Shown here: one piece after another, positions 63,137 to 64,000 of the stretch
How the letters are laid out: each line of letters begins with the position of its first letter
Numbering within the stretch: position 1 is the first letter of the stretch
Source of the DNA: Takakia lepidozioides
Taxonomy: Eukaryota > Plantae > Bryophyta
Reading direction: 5' to 3'
Assembly (NCBI GenBank): GCA_030704615.1
Contig: CM060734.1
Span: forward strand, 4,154,001 to 4,218,000
DNA: 64,000 bases
Notes under the pieces: model-generated
The model's input: only the letters and a program-made list of their open reading frames with translations
The model's database searches: none
Told to the model about the DNA's origin: nothing
Program-made: the position numbers and the translations under genes

Positions 63137-63620
63137 TCACCAAGAAGTTGGAACCTCAATTGGCCTCTCAACAAGCTCATGACTGATTGAGTGTCGGTAG
63201 GTGAAGACAATCCATGCAGTCCGGTCCCCTTTGCTGTAGTGGACAACGGTGTCATGTCTCCCGATATACGCGCCACTGTAAATGGATATTTTGGCGGTGG
63301 AAACTCTGTGCCCGTAGGACTCATCCTCGTAGCTTATGAGAATGTCCCCATAGACTGGTTGCGAGGGAATTCGCGGCGGCCTGTACGTGGCACCGATGCA
63401 ATCGTTGTAGACCCACTGGCAGCACCTCCAATAATACAGGAAGGCCGTGCGGCTTTTGGGGATGTCGCATGCAGGCGGCACATCCAGATCGATGATTCGT
63501 AGGCACCAGAGCCACGCAACCCCGTCCCCGCGAGGCCCATCGTGGAAGCCAGGAAGGTACTCTAGAGCGGTCATGCTCACCTGCCTTTGCTGAGACTCGT
63601 TTACCCAATCTTGCAGGAAT
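63137..63620 (-). other. Probable exon or pseudo-exon of an unidentified gene (weakly jacalin-like)
   Basis: Long open frame after an AG acceptor; KISIYSGAYIG..TVVHYSKG resembles a jacalin strand pattern. Identity not established. Confidence 0.25.
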
Positions 63621-64000
63621 ATGAAAATGTCTCCTGACCTGGGCGAGAAGTTCCACGGGGTGAGATCCCTGTTGGGGCAATTGCTGGTATGCCGACACGC
63701 CAACACTTTGTGACTGAAGCCGAGCAAGAGGCCGGGAAGCAGACCAACTGTCCTGGGAGTATGGGAGGAGAGGAAGTGGGAGGAGCGGACGAGATGAGCT
63801 TGACTTGCTTCCCAGATTTGAACGCAGTGGGTGTAGGTGGTAATTTGGACAAGTGGCAAAGAAAAAAGCAACATTTAATATGCCCGTACCCGGGAATGAC
63901 TCACAACATTTATTTCGTGGTCCGCTCCATAAAAGCGTGTCTCGGGAGAGCTCCTGCGGGCTGCAAGTGGCGGCCGGAATCCATCCCCCGGATGGTAATA

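Overview
Eukaryotic nuclear DNA, most likely from a non-seed land plant (bryophyte or lycophyte, inferred from the host gene and TE lineages). It holds one intact host gene, the 11-exon chloroplast dynamin-like GTPase FZL (minus strand, 2057-9100), next to a ~50 kb stack of nested transposons. Two systems stand out. (1) Two independent insertions (12577-36271 and 54822-61386) of a PHD-finger Ty3/Gypsy retrotransposon have circularly permuted, split LTRs (B-body-A-gc-B-A). Each has a perfect 4-bp TSD, an internal palindromic att-like site GACA-GC-TGTC, a self-priming PBS and a variable leader; the copy-2 leader carries host gene fragments. This suggests a DDE-integrase element that inserts from a 2-LTR circle. 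(2) An 11.2 kb Mutator-like DNA transposon (41703-52932, 9-10 bp TSD) encodes a GCM-like/DDE/SWIM transposase. It also carries a divergent spliced gene for a ParB-like domain fused to a bacterial-type beta-class N6A/N4C DNA methyltransferase, whose introns hold arrays of a 26-bp palindrome (parS-like candidates). Also present: a chromovirus nested in inverted orientation inside a copy of itself, a non-chromovirus Gypsy, a tRNA-derived SINE and a truncated non-LTR 3' end that share a covarying RNA structure, and a MITE. TE ORFs carry many frameshifts, some probably sequencing indels. All protein family calls come from motif recognition by eye, not database searches.
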